From NCBI GenBank assembly GCA_963745075.1, contig CAVUWV010000031.1:1-64000 (forward strand): 64,000 bases of DNA, given 5' to 3'. The translations under genes were made by a program, and so were the position numbers. Below the pieces are notes generated by a model, which was not told where the DNA came from, did no database searches, and was given only the letters and a program-made list of their open reading frames with translations. Each line of letters begins with the position of its first letter. The stretch's first letter is position 1. This DNA is from Candidatus Hydrogenedentota bacterium. GTDB taxonomy: Bacteria; Hydrogenedentota; Hydrogenedentia; Hydrogenedentales; SLHB01. Positions 32,177 to 42,915 of this stretch are shown here, in pieces.

Positions 32177-32206
32177 ATGGTAGCCAACGGGGGGCATCTG
32201 TGTCAA
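32177..32206 (-). promoter_or_regulatory. tRNA operon promoter
   Basis: TTGACA-18 bp-TACCAT on the minus strand just upstream of tRNA-Gln. Confidence 0.65.
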
Positions 32207-32412
32207 GAATTTGAGCGGGGCGGGACACTTCAGTCGTCCTTCAAGGTACCACTGAAAGTACACAAGCGACCAAGAGGACCAAAGGGACGAGGCGAGAACG
32301 AGGTTTAGAACGATCGGCAATCCTGGACCATCGTTGAGGTCGTTTGGATCCTCTAAGTCATTGGACTATGGCGAAACGGCAGAAACCGATCCGTCCGACC
32401 AAGCATCCCCGG

Positions 32413-32604
32413 TCAGTACCAGACCGTCACGACGATGACCGGTTCCTGCTGGCCCTGTTGTTGGGGGCGCTCGTAGCCGAAGGACTGCTTGACGAGTTTG
32501 GGCTCGACGTTGTGTTGTTCGAGCCATCTGTTGATGTGCTCGTCCATCAGACCCAGCCCATCCATGGTCACCTTGCCGATAAACGTCTGAACCCGCATCC
32601 CCAT
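32413..32604 (-). CDS. Small hypothetical protein (63 aa)
   Basis: AAAGGAG RBS, MGMRVQTFIGK...VVTVWY, host-like codon use. Confidence 0.7.
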   Translation of the reverse strand: MGMRVQTFIGKVTMDGLGLMDEHINRWLEQHNVEPKLVKQSFGYERPQQQGQQEPVIVVTVWY

Positions 32605-32692
32605 ACTCCTTTCCGCGTCAATCCCCTGCAACCCGTTACGGGTGCGACTATAACACAGGTCTTTGACGGCTTGGCAAGGACCGCGCCCAACG

Positions 32693-33034
32693 TCAACCGG
32701 GGGGCCAGCCGAGGGCGCGACCGCCCAGGACATGCAGGTGGATGTGAAACACACTTTGCCCGGCCTCGGGCCCGCAGTTGATGACGAAGCGGTAGTCCGT
32801 GAGACCTTCCTGTTGAGCAACCTTGTTCCCCACGAGCGTAAGGCCTCCTAAGAGGTCTGTGTCCGCGTCGCCGGCATCGCTGATTCGCGCGATATGCTTG
32901 CGCGGCACCACCAACACGTGGGTCGGTGCCCCCGGGTTAATGTCGCGAAACGCGTAGTAGTTGTCATCGGAATACACTTCAGTGGACGGAACGTCGCCGT
33001 TCAGAATCTTGCAGAACAGGCACTCATCAGCCAT
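32693..33034 (-). CDS. Histidine triad (HIT) nucleotide-binding protein
   Basis: CLFCKI, FRDINP, AGQSVFHIHLHVLGG. Confidence 0.93.
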   Translation of the reverse strand: MADECLFCKILNGDVPSTEVYSDDNYYAFRDINPGAPTHVLVVPRKHIARISDAGDADTDLLGGLTLVGNKVAQQEGLTDYRFVINCGPEAGQSVFHIHLHVLGGRALGWPPG

Positions 33035-33261
33035 GTTCACGGTCCTCCCTTTCGCTGCGGACTTCTTGGCCCGTTGTACTGAGCCCAAGCGTAGACAATC
33101 GAACCGGGAACGCGCAACTGGTGGTTTGTACCGCCCGCCGACGTTTGACTGAATTCCCGGGGCTGTTTAGACTGAGGGGCTGAACCCATTGGATGACCAT
33201 CCGTGGCCCTTGCTAGTGGTGCGTTGTATGATGGGCGCGGTTTGAAAAGGAGGGAATTACC

Positions 33262-33813
33262 ATGGCCAAAGTATTGGTACCGTTGGCACAAGGCTGTGAA
33301 GAACTCGAAGCGGTCACCATCATCGACCTGCTGCGCCGGGCCGACATCACGGTCGTGACCGCCGGACTCACGGACGATCCCGTCAAGGCGAGTCATGGCG
33401 TGACGATTGTCCCAGACAAGAATCTGGACGAAGCATTGAAGGAAGATTTCGACATGGTGGTGCTGCCGGGCGGCTTGCCGGGCGCGGACAATTTGAACGA
33501 TGACGAACGTGTCCACGGCGTGCTCAAGAAGATGGTGGACAGTGGGAAGTTCGCGGGCGCCATCTGCGCAGCGCCCATTGTGCTCGCTAAGGCCGGTCTG
33601 TTGAGTGGCAAGAAGGCCACGAGCTATCCGGGGTTTCTCGACAAGATGAATCTGCCGGACGTGACGGTTACGGGAGGCGCGGTGGAACGGGACGGCAAGA
33701 TCATCACGTCGCGCGGTCCCGGTACGGCGATGGATTTCGCGTTGGCCGTCATCGAGATGCTGAAAGACAAAGGTACGCGCGACACGGTCGAGAAGGCCTT
33801 GGTTCGAAATTAG
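33262..33813 (+). CDS. DJ-1/PfpI family protein (YajL-like)
   Basis: GCEELEA, VLPGG, AICAAP, TSRGPGTA. Confidence 0.92.
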   Translation: MAKVLVPLAQGCEELEAVTIIDLLRRADITVVTAGLTDDPVKASHGVTIVPDKNLDEALKEDFDMVVLPGGLPGADNLNDDERVHGVLKKMVDSGKFAGAICAAPIVLAKAGLLSGKKATSYPGFLDKMNLPDVTVTGGAVERDGKIITSRGPGTAMDFALAVIEMLKDKGTRDTVEKALVRN

Positions 33814-33839
33814 AACGTTTGGAATTGAAGGAGTAGCAT

Positions 33840-34685
33840 ATGTTTTTTTCGGGGATTTCGGATGAAGCGGGTCAGGCGATCGACACGCAGATCAAGGCCC
33901 ATCAGGATTTGGGGTGGGACCATCTCGAGTTGAGGCTGGTGGACGGGGAGAACGTCACGGCTTTGTCCGACGAGAAGTTCGCGGAGGTCTACGGCAAGGT
34001 GTGCGACGCGGGCATGAAGATCTCGTGTTTCGGCAGCGCCATCGCCAATTGGGCCCGGCCCATCACGTGTGACGCGCAGATCGACGTTGACGATCTGAAA
34101 CGGGCGATTCCGCGGATGCAGAAGTCCGGCACCCAGTTCATCCGCGTGATGAGCTATCCCAACGACCCCAAGCAACCCGTCAACGAGCCCGAGTGGCGCG
34201 CGGAAGCCATCAAGCGCATGAAAGTACTGGCCAAGATGGCGGAAGACGGCGGCATTATCCTGGCCCACGAGAATTGCAGCGGTTGGGGCGGCCTTTCGGC
34301 GGACAACAGCAATATCCTACTCGGCGAAGTGAACAGTCCCGCGTTAAAAGTCGTGTTCGATACGGGCAATCCCGTCACGTACGGGCAGGACGCCTGGGAG
34401 TATTATCAAAAGGTCTTCAACGACATCGTTTACGTGCACATCAAGGATGCCAAGAAGGTCGACGGCAAGGACGTCTACACCTACTGCGGCGAAGGCGACG
34501 GCTACGTGCGCGAAATTGTCGGCGACCTGATGACGAGAGGCTACGACGGCGGGTTCAGCATCGAGCCGCATCTGGCCGCGGTGATTCACACCGGCCAAAA
34601 AGCGGACAATGATTCGGCGTTGTACGATTCGTATACCGAATACGGCCGCCGCATGATGAAGATTGTGGAGGAAGTGAAACCGTAA
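33840..34685 (+). CDS. Sugar phosphate isomerase/epimerase (xylose-isomerase-like TIM barrel)
   Basis: SGISDEA, LAHEN, FDTGN, VHIKD, SIEPH. Confidence 0.85.
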   Translation: MFFSGISDEAGQAIDTQIKAHQDLGWDHLELRLVDGENVTALSDEKFAEVYGKVCDAGMKISCFGSAIANWARPITCDAQIDVDDLKRAIPRMQKSGTQFIRVMSYPNDPKQPVNEPEWRAEAIKRMKVLAKMAEDGGIILAHENCSGWGGLSADNSNILLGEVNSPALKVVFDTGNPVTYGQDAWEYYQKVFNDIVYVHIKDAKKVDGKDVYTYCGEGDGYVREIVGDLMTRGYDGGFSIEPHLAAVIHTGQKADNDSALYDSYTEYGRRMMKIVEEVKP

Positions 34686-34726
34686 CGGAGGGCGTCCGCC
34701 GTTCGCGGAACCCAAAGGGGTGGGGT

Positions 34727-34867
34727 ATGCGTAAGACGCAAATCAGGGCGTTCATCGGAACCGTGTTTGCCATCGCGGTGCTCGTCGTGTTCGCGGCCAT
34801 CGCCGCGTCGGCTATGGGGAAAGACATCCCCATCCTCCGCAACATCAGCGGCGCGCTGGGAATGTGA
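34727..34867 (+). CDS. Small single-TM protein (46 aa), absent from the ORF track
   Basis: MRKTQIRAFIGTVFAIAVLVVFAAIAASAMGKDIPILRNISGALGM; G-rich RBS; GC-rich third codon positions. Confidence 0.6.
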   Translation: MRKTQIRAFIGTVFAIAVLVVFAAIAASAMGKDIPILRNISGALGM

Positions 34868-34924
34868 GCACCCGCAATCCTGCTTCTGTGACGGGATACG
34901 GCGTCTGGTCGATTGAGGGATCGG

Positions 34925-35094
34925 AAAGAACATCCCCCTTGATCCCACTTCAAAGGGGGAGTCTTGCGCACCCCAATTCTTGGTGAGATATGTTGTGAAA
35001 TTCTCCGAAACCGGACCGTCGCTCACCCCAAGACGCGACGCGAAGCGTTGCGAACAATTCCCCCTTCGAAGGGGGATCAAGGGGGATGTTCTTT
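34925..35094. repeat. Family A element (core inverted relative to copy 1)
   Basis: Same ~35-bp arms; reverse complement of the core aligns with the copy 1 core. Confidence 0.9.
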
Positions 35095-35158
35095 AGTTCG
35101 GCTCAGCGACCGCCGATGTGCGGATCATCGAATCTCGCGGTTTCCGACGCAAACGATT

Positions 35159-36208
35159 TCAATCCACAACCTTCAGCCGGGCGGTGTAGATCGAGGCGGA
35201 GTTCTTGTTCTTCTCCCGGTCTTCTTCGTGTTGCGAATACCAGGACACGAACAGCGCAGGATGTTCCGCGTCCACTGAGGCCGGATCGACGATGAGGCCA
35301 GGATAGGATGTGTCGCCGCCGCTGGGTAAGGTGATCAGTTCCACTGCTTTGCCGTCGACGAATTCCCACACGCGCGTCACCCATTGACGATCCGCGCCAC
35401 GACTGCGTCCGGCGATGAAGAAGCGATCCTTCCAACGCGCCAAAGCCGGCGAATGGACAATGTCCCCCACCGTTTCGCCGGTCCACTCGGTGTGTTCCGG
35501 ATTGCTGCGCCAAATGAAGCCTTCGTTGATGTCATCCTGCATGCGTGTGACGACAAATAGCGAGCCGTCTTCCAGTATGGTCACGTCCGACTCGCTGGGT
35601 TGACGGCGGTTCGCGATCTCGCTTTTCAGCGTCCAGTTCAGGCCGTCATCCGATACGATGAGTTGCATTTCGCGCTCGGGAGGTTTCGGACGGTACGCGG
35701 TGTATGCGATTCCGTAGAATCTCCCTTCAAGATAACGGACGCGCCACACCCACCAATCGGGTTTGTAGATGCCTTGGATCTTCGACCACGTGGTGCCGTC
35801 CTCGCTCGAAGCAAAGTAGGAGCGGACACTCTGCCGGTCCGGCAACGCATGACCTTCCATGTGCATGAGGTTCCACGTACCGAAATAGACATAGAGCACG
35901 TCGTCCGTCGCCGTGAAATGGGGATCGCGGTCGTCGCCGGCCGTGTCCAGCGTGCCGCAAGGTTCCCAGGTCCGCATGTTCGCACTGCGCATCACGCGAA
36001 TCTCGCCGTCCAACGAGCCGTGACTCTGCGCGTGCCGGAAGCAGAGGTAATAATGGTCCTTCCACCGGATGAGATCGGTAAAGGCGTTGTGGGCGCCGTC
36101 GCTGTAGGCCTTGTCCAGCCAGTCAATCTCCGCCTTGGGCGACGCGTCCTGCCCCCACGCCGCGATGGCGAGAATGAAGAGAACGCTAACCGTAATGATT
36201 CGTTTCAT
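35159..36208 (-). CDS. Secreted BNR/Asp-box sialidase-like beta-propeller protein
   Basis: Signal peptide, HNAFTDL, DDRDP, SEDGTTWS, SDDGLNWT, SGGDTSYPG. Confidence 0.8.
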   Translation of the reverse strand: MKRIITVSVLFILAIAAWGQDASPKAEIDWLDKAYSDGAHNAFTDLIRWKDHYYLCFRHAQSHGSLDGEIRVMRSANMRTWEPCGTLDTAGDDRDPHFTATDDVLYVYFGTWNLMHMEGHALPDRQSVRSYFASSEDGTTWSKIQGIYKPDWWVWRVRYLEGRFYGIAYTAYRPKPPEREMQLIVSDDGLNWTLKSEIANRRQPSESDVTILEDGSLFVVTRMQDDINEGFIWRSNPEHTEWTGETVGDIVHSPALARWKDRFFIAGRSRGADRQWVTRVWEFVDGKAVELITLPSGGDTSYPGLIVDPASVDAEHPALFVSWYSQHEEDREKNKNSASIYTARLKVVD

Positions 36209-36227
36209 GCCGCACCTCAAGATGATC

Positions 36228-36369
36228 GTCCACAGATTACACAGATTTTCACAGATTGGAGTTCAAAAGAGATTGGGAAGAACGAAACCGCCACCGAAAT
36301 GCTTTTGATCGGCAACGTCCTCTATTTCTCTCTTTCTTGAATCTGTGAAAATCTGTGTAATCTGTGGAC
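36228..36369. repeat. Family C paired inverted repeat of CACAGATT units
   Basis: Perfect 30-bp arms GTCCACAGATTACACAGATTTTCACAGATT (36228-36257 / 36340-36369), 82 bp apart. Confidence 0.9.
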
Positions 36370-36384
36370 AAGAAACTCTTCTCT

Positions 36385-37488
36385 CTACGACCCTTGCGTC
36401 AACGCCTTCACGACCCGGTCGCCGAAATCGCTCGTGCTGATGGGTTCGTGACCGCCTTTGGGGTCTTTCAGATCCGCCGTGGTGTAGCCCGCAGCGAAGA
36501 CCGTGCGCATGGCGTCCATGATCTGCTTCGCTTCCTTTTCCAATCCGAAACTCTTCTCCAGCATAAGCGCAACGGATCCAATCATGGAGTACGGATTCGC
36601 AATGCCCTTGCCCGCGATATCCGGCGCGGAACCGTGGGAAGGTTCGTAGTAGCCCTTATCCGGCCCGATACAGGCGGACGGCATCAACCCAAGGGAGCCC
36701 AGCAGACCCCCGGCCAAGTCGCTCAGGATATCGCCGAACATGTTTTCCATAACCATCACGTCGAACTGGCGCGGGTTCAGCACCAGCGCCGTCGCGGCCG
36801 CGTCGACAATGATGTGCTTCACCTTCACGTCGGGGTATTGCCGGCCCACCTCGTCGCCCACCGCGTTCCACAACACGCTGGACATGAGCACGTTGCTCTT
36901 GTGGACGTTGTGAAGGATCTTCTTGCGCTTACGGGCCTCTTCGAAGGCCACGGTCAGAATCTGCCGGATCTCTTCTTCGTTGTATTCGAGCGTCTCCTTG
37001 ACATAGCGCAGGCCGTTGGCGTCCGTACCCTCCTCCTTCTTTCCGAAGTACAAGCCGCCGATGAGTTCCCGGATCATCATGATGTCGATTCCGTCGGCCA
37101 CGATTTCCGGACGTAGCGGCGAGAAGAAAGCCAATTCGGGCGGCAGATACACCGGCCGGAAGTTGGCGAACGTATTGTACCGTTTGCGCATAGGCAGTAG
37201 GGCACCCCGTTCCGGGCGCTCTTCGACGGGAATCCGGCTCGATTCCTCATGACCCAGCCCGATGGGCCCCTTCAGGATGGCGTCCGCGCGGTCGCACGCG
37301 GCCATCGTCTCCGCGGGGAACGAATGGCCGTGATCGAAGTAGGCCTGCGCGCCAAAGGGCGCACGCACCAGTTCGTAGGTCACCCCGGCCGACTGTTCAA
37401 TGACGCGCAGCACCTTGACGGCTTCGGCCGTGATTTCGGGGCCGATTCCATCGCCTTCGAGCACCGCGATAACGTATTTCTTCGACAT
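36385..37488 (-). CDS. leuB: 3-isopropylmalate dehydrogenase
   Basis: [44 protein letters not shown]. Confidence 0.88.
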   Translation of the reverse strand: MSKKYVIAVLEGDGIGPEITAEAVKVLRVIEQSAGVTYELVRAPFGAQAYFDHGHSFPAETMAACDRADAILKGPIGLGHEESSRIPVEERPERGALLPMRKRYNTFANFRPVYLPPELAFFSPLRPEIVADGIDIMMIRELIGGLYFGKKEEGTDANGLRYVKETLEYNEEEIRQILTVAFEEARKRKKILHNVHKSNVLMSSVLWNAVGDEVGRQYPDVKVKHIIVDAAATALVLNPRQFDVMVMENMFGDILSDLAGGLLGSLGLMPSACIGPDKGYYEPSHGSAPDIAGKGIANPYSMIGSVALMLEKSFGLEKEAKQIMDAMRTVFAAGYTTADLKDPKGGHEPISTSDFGDRVVKALTQGS

Positions 37489-37544
37489 ACCAAGTCCTTC
37501 AAGTCATACGGGCGGACGCCCGAAAGCATCCGCCCGTCGGAAAA

Positions 37545-38061
37545 CACGAAATCCGAAGCACGAAATCCGAAACAAATTCCAATGCTCCAAATTCAAAAAA
37601 GCCCTAGATCAGGCCTAAGTAGAGGTCACCACAAACGCGGGTACACGCCACTGTGCGTACTTCACCTCAAGAACATCCCCCTTGATCCCCCTTCAAAGGG
37701 GGAGTCTCGCAGACCCAAGTTTCGGGTGAGCATAAGGACAAACAGCAAAATCACAGGGCTCTGTCCGTCTCATCCGCCCCGCGAAGCGTGGGCAAGATAA
37801 TCCCCCTTTGAAGCCACGCCGCGGCGTGGGAAGGGTCGAGGGGGATGTTTCGTCTGTTATGTGTACCCTTTCTTGTGGGAAGTCGTACTTATCGTGGCTT
37901 CCTACCATGGCACAACCCAGCATTACAGGGAACGGGCGACGTGACGGACGCGATACATCCACACGTTTTGGTCATTTGAATTTCGGTCATTCGTGCTTGT
38001 TTCGGATTTCGTGCTTCGTGCTTCGAATTTGACTTGAAACGTGCTTCGGATTTCGGATTTG
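37545..38061. repeat. Nested repeat stack: family E (CGAAATC/CGAAGCA)n arms, GGGTACAC pair, family A element (37669-37849)
   Basis: CACGAAATCCGAAGCACGAAATCCGAAACAA on the left and TTGTTTCGGATTTCGTGCTTCGTGCTTCG on the right enclose the other two layers. Confidence 0.85.
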
Positions 38062-38073
38062 GGCGCCAAGCCC

Positions 38074-39153
38074 CTACACGGTCGCCGCCAGTTCCGCAAC
38101 CGCGTCGCCGATCTTCGTGGTCGACATACCGCCTTCCTTGATCTCTTTGGCCGACATGCCCGGCAGCTTGCCGGATTCCAGGAACGCCACACACGCCTTC
38201 TCCACGCTGTCGGCGGCATCCGACTCGCCGAGGTGGTCCAGCAGCATCTGCCCCGCGAAAATGCAGGCCAGCGGGTTGATGACGTTCATCCCCGTGTACT
38301 TCGGCGCGCTGCCGCCGATGGGCTCGAACATGGACACGCCGTTCGGGTTGATGTTGCCGCCGGCGGCAATGCCCATGCCGCCCTGCACCATGGCGCCCAG
38401 GTCGGTGATGATGTCGCCGAACATGTTGCCCGTCACGATCACGTCAAACCACTCAGGGTTCTTGACCATCCACATCGTCGTCGCGTCGACGTGGGCGTAC
38501 TCGCGCTTGATGTCCGGGAATTCTTTCGCACCCATTTCGTGAAAGGCCCGTTCCCAAAGGTCGTACACATAGGTCAGCACGTTCGTCTTGCCGCAGAGGG
38601 TCAGCGTGTTGGTCTTGTTGCGTTTCCGGGTGAGTTCGAACGCGTACCTGAGGCAGCGGTCCACCTCGTTCCGCGTGTACACCATCGACTGGATGGCCAC
38701 CTCGTACGGCGTGCCCTTCCGCTGAATGCCGCCGACCCCCGTGTACAGGCCCGCGGAGTTCTCGCGCACCACCACGAAATCGATGTCCTCCGGTCCCTTG
38801 TTCTTGATCGGCGTCTCTACCGTCGGGTACAGCTTCACGGGGCGCAGGTTAATGTATTGGTCCAGCTCAAACCGCGCCTTGAGCAGGATACCCTTTTCGA
38901 GAATGCCCGGTTTGACATCCGGGTGGCCGATGGCGCCGAGATAGATCGCATCAAAACCCCGGAACTCCTCGATGGCCGAATCCGGCAGGATCTCACCCGT
39001 CTTGAGGTACCGGTCACCGCCGAAATCGAATTCTTTGGTCTCGAGCTTGATGCCAAACCGGTCCGCGGCGGCGCTCATTACTTTGACGCCTTCCCGAAGT
39101 ACTTCCGGTCCGGTACCATCGCCCGGAAATAGCGCGATCTTATAGGTTGCCAT
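38074..39153 (-). CDS. Second beta-decarboxylating dehydrogenase (IPMDH/tartrate DH family)
   Basis: GDGTGPE, GILEKGILLKARFELDQYINLRP, NMFGDIITD, EPIGGSAP. Confidence 0.85.
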   Translation of the reverse strand: MATYKIALFPGDGTGPEVLREGVKVMSAAADRFGIKLETKEFDFGGDRYLKTGEILPDSAIEEFRGFDAIYLGAIGHPDVKPGILEKGILLKARFELDQYINLRPVKLYPTVETPIKNKGPEDIDFVVVRENSAGLYTGVGGIQRKGTPYEVAIQSMVYTRNEVDRCLRYAFELTRKRNKTNTLTLCGKTNVLTYVYDLWERAFHEMGAKEFPDIKREYAHVDATTMWMVKNPEWFDVIVTGNMFGDIITDLGAMVQGGMGIAAGGNINPNGVSMFEPIGGSAPKYTGMNVINPLACIFAGQMLLDHLGESDAADSVEKACVAFLESGKLPGMSAKEIKEGGMSTTKIGDAVAELAATV

Positions 39154-39707
39154 GGTTACGTCTACCCCCTATGCGATTTATCCGCGGATCTCGACATGGA
39201 CAGAGACTCCCGGGTCGTCAGTGTGAGCCCGCGACGGGCCGATGATGGGAACAGGCGGAAATTTTATCACTTGAACGCGGGGTAACTCAAGACGACGACG
39301 AGTGCCACAACATAGTGTCCCAAGTTCCGCTCTGGGATGGATATCTTCTGCCAATTGGAGTATAGTAAACAACATCGTTCGAAGCTCCAGGTAGAGCAGG
39401 TACCGTTTTCTTTCCCATCTGACTGCCTCATTTAATCCTCTCGAAACGCGTGCGAAAGACGATGCGCGTCTATTCGCACGGCGCAATTGACGACCGGACC
39501 CTATACCGGACAAATCAGACCGGGTGTACGGTATGTTGAGTATCTTAGGATTTATTGCCGAAACTCGCAGTTCTTTACTGTTTGTGCGGGCGTCTCTCTT
39601 TGGACGGCGTGTTTAGGCGCTGGGTGGGTGACCGCACCACCGGTCCACGATTCGAATCTTTTCAATGGTTTGGTTGATCTTCGCAGATACAACAAGGGAG
39701 GTTTCCA

Positions 39708-39833
39708 ATGGGTGACAAGAGCCAGAAAGACAAGGACAAAAGCCGAAAACAGAAGGTGGTAAAGGACGCGGACTCAAAGAAGCGCAAGGAAGAAAAACAA
39801 GAGAAGAAGCCCGCACCCGGACTCCTCAAATAG
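39708..39833 (+). CDS. Small Lys-rich protein (41 aa), absent from the ORF track
   Basis: Strong AAGGGAGG RBS; MGDKSQKDKDKSRKQKVVKDADSKKRKEEKQEKKPAPGLLK. Confidence 0.65.
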   Translation: MGDKSQKDKDKSRKQKVVKDADSKKRKEEKQEKKPAPGLLK

Positions 39834-39964
39834 GATTCAGCGGGATCGAAATCGGAGACAGCGCGTTTCGCCGAGTTTTCGGCAGCCGACGGTGCGTGAT
39901 ACCGGCATTTGTGACACGGGACATCCGCATCCGGCGACGGCCACCGCACAATTGGAGTAGGAAA

Positions 39965-40411
39965 ATGTCTATGACGATTCGTGAACTTGTCGGCGAAAAT
40001 CGGGAAAAGTACTCGGTAAACCTCGACCAATCAGTCCGGCAGGTGATTGATTGCATGTATGAAGGGGAAGTACACGCCGTAGCAGTTTGTGACGGCGACA
40101 AAGTTGTCGGCGTCTTCTCGGAACGAGACTTGTTGCGGCGGATTGTGCACCAAGGCCGCGACCTGCATTCGACCAAAGTCCGGGACGTGATGACGTCACC
40201 GGCATACTGGATTTCCATGGACGAGCGCTATGAAGTCGCGAAGGCCATCATGATCGACAAGAAGCTAGGTCAGTTGGTGGTTAAAGATGAACAGCACGAC
40301 TTTCGAGGCTTCGTTTCCTGGCGAGAACTTCTCGAAGCCGACCTTTCGGATTCCCGGGATCTTGTGGGTAAACTGAACGACGATTATTACGAGCATCGTT
40401 TTCAACCTTAG
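39965..40411 (+). CDS. CBS domain protein
   Basis: VVGVFSERDLL, VRDVMT, GFVSWRELL. Confidence 0.85.
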   Translation: MSMTIRELVGENREKYSVNLDQSVRQVIDCMYEGEVHAVAVCDGDKVVGVFSERDLLRRIVHQGRDLHSTKVRDVMTSPAYWISMDERYEVAKAIMIDKKLGQLVVKDEQHDFRGFVSWRELLEADLSDSRDLVGKLNDDYYEHRFQP

Positions 40412-40564
40412 AAGTGGTCTATTGATCGCCGTGAGTTGCATTTCCTCAATCGCAGGATTGGGCCGCCTGGAGTAATTGGAAGACCGAGCCAGGCATGGAC
40501 CGAAAGCTACCGTCACGCGAATCCAAATGACGGCGTATTCGTATGCATTACGCCAAACCTGTAG

Positions 40565-42915
40565 ATGGAATCGTACGAGAACGTAAAAACGGCATCCTGT
40601 GTTCCCGCGGCGCCGGAAAGGGAAACCTTGGGTCACCTGGCCCCACCAATGCGCATCGCTTTCCTCGGCAACTACGTGCCACGGCTCTGCGGGATCGCGA
40701 CCTTTACCCACGATCTCTGTGAGGCCGTGGCGGGGGCAGTTCCGGCGGCGCAATGTTATGTGGGCGCGGTGAACGATCGCGTTGAGGGCTATGAGTATCC
40801 GTCGCGCGTACGCTTCGAATTGCTGGAAAAGGATCTGGACTCCTATCGCCGGGCTGCGGATTTCTTGAACTTCAACAACGCGGACGTACTGTGCGTGCAG
40901 CATGAGTTCGGCATCTACGGCGGACCCGCGGGAAGTCATTTGCTGGCGCTGCTTAAGGAGGTCCGCATGCCGGTAGTAACCACGCTGCACACGGTCCTGC
41001 GCGAGCCGAACGCCGCGCAGCGAGCGGTAATGGAGGAACTGGTGCAGCGCAGCGACCGCGTTGGTGGTGATGGCGCAGAAGGGCGCGGAGATTCTTGCGC
41101 GATACATATGCGGTGCCGGATGCCAAAGTGGATGTCATTCCCCACGGCATCCCCGATATTCCGTTCGCGGATTCCCGCTCTTTCAAGGAGCAGTTCGGAG
41201 TCGAGGGACGAATTGTACTGCTCACCTTCGGCCTGCTTGGACCGGGCAAGGGTATCGAATATGTCATCGAGGCGCTGCCGCGAGATCGTGCAGACGCATC
41301 CCAATGTGGTCTATCTGGTGCTTGGGTGCGACGCATCCGCACCTGCTGGCGCGTGAGGGGGAGCGCTACCGGCTGAGTCTGGAGCGGCTGGCCGACGAGC
41401 GCGGCGTGAAGGACCACGTGATCTTCCACAATCGATTTGTGTCGCTGGACGACTTGACCGAATTCATCGGCGCGACGGACATCTACATGACGCCCTATCT
41501 CAACGAGGCGCAAATCACCTCCGGGACGCTGGCCTATGTCTTCGGGGCGGGCAAAGCCGTGGTTTCCACTCCGTATTGGCACGCGCAGGAATTGCTTGCG
41601 GACGGGCGCGGCATACTCGTGCCATTTCGACGACTCACCGGCCATCGCCGAAGGCGTGTGCGAGTTTCTCGACCATCCCGAGCGTCTGGAGAGAAACGCG
41701 CAAGGAGGCCTATCGACTTGGGCGTGAGATGATCTGGCCTGCCGTGGCGCAACGATATCTGGAGTCGTTTCAACATGCGCGCGCCGACCGCCAGGCGACC
41801 CCGCGCACGGCCTTTGCCGAATTGGACACTCGCCAGCCGTCCTTACGATCTGCCCTCCGTTGCGGCTGGATCACATCGTGCGCATGAGTGATGGCACGGG
41901 TATTTTTCAGCATGCCATTTTCAACGTGCCGGACTTTCACCATGGCTACTGCACGGATGACAATGCCAGGGCGTTCATCTTGTGCAATCTGCTGGATGAA
42001 CTTGGCGGCGAACCTCCCAAGGAGAATCTCAACGGCTTCACCACCAGTTATCTCGCATTTCTCGCGTCGGCCTTGAATCGCGATACGGGGCGATTCCGCA
42101 ACTTCATGAGCCATGGACGGCAGTGGCTGGAGGACGCGGGCAGCGAGGACAGCCACGGCCGCGCGCTTTGGGCGCTTGGGTGCCGGGGCGGCGCGTTCCC
42201 GGAACGAGGGCCGGCGCCGGTTATCCGCTCAACTCTTCGAACGCGGCCTGACCGCCGTGGAAGTCATTCACCTCGCCGCGCGCCTGGGCGTTCACGTTGC
42301 TGGGCATTCATGAATACATGCGCGAGGTTTCCGGATAGTCCCGAAGCCGAGGCACGCCCGCGAAACGCTTACCGGCAAGCTGGTGACGCTCTGGCGGAAG
42401 CTGCGCCACGGAGAACTGGCCCTGGTTTGAAGCGAGCGTCACCTACGACAACGCCCGTCTCTGCCAGGCCCTGATACTGAGCGGTAGCGAATGCCCGAAG
42501 CCGAAGCCGTGGAAATCGGCTTGAAGTCGCTTGCGCTGGTTGGCCTCGCTGCAAAGGACACAGGCGGGCCACTTCAGGCCCATCGGCAGCAACGGCTTTT
42601 ACGTCCGCGACGGCGCGCGCGCGGACTTCGATCAACAACCGGTGGAGGCCCAGGCCATGGTTTCCGCCTGCCTGGAAGCGTTTCGCGTCACGCAGGATGC
42701 CACATGGTTGGTCGAGGCCAGGCGCGCCTTCGAGTGGTTCCTGGGCCGCAACGATCTCGGCCTTCCGCTCTATGATTCCGGCACCGGCGGCTGCGGCGAC
42801 GGGTTGCACAGCGATCGGGTCAACGAAAACCAGGGCGCGGAATCGTCGCTCGCCTTCCACCTTTCCCTGGCCGAAATGAACCACGCGGAGCACCCGCTGC
42901 CTGGTGCACTCATGA
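40565..42915 (+). pseudogene. GT4 glycosyltransferase with C-terminal extension; many frameshifts (pseudogene or assembly error)
   Basis: Consecutive fragments in alternating frames: GNYVPRLCGIATF, QHEFGIYGG, TFGLLGPGKG, QITSGTL, GYCTDDNAR, FDQQPVEA, NENQGAES. Confidence 0.75.
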
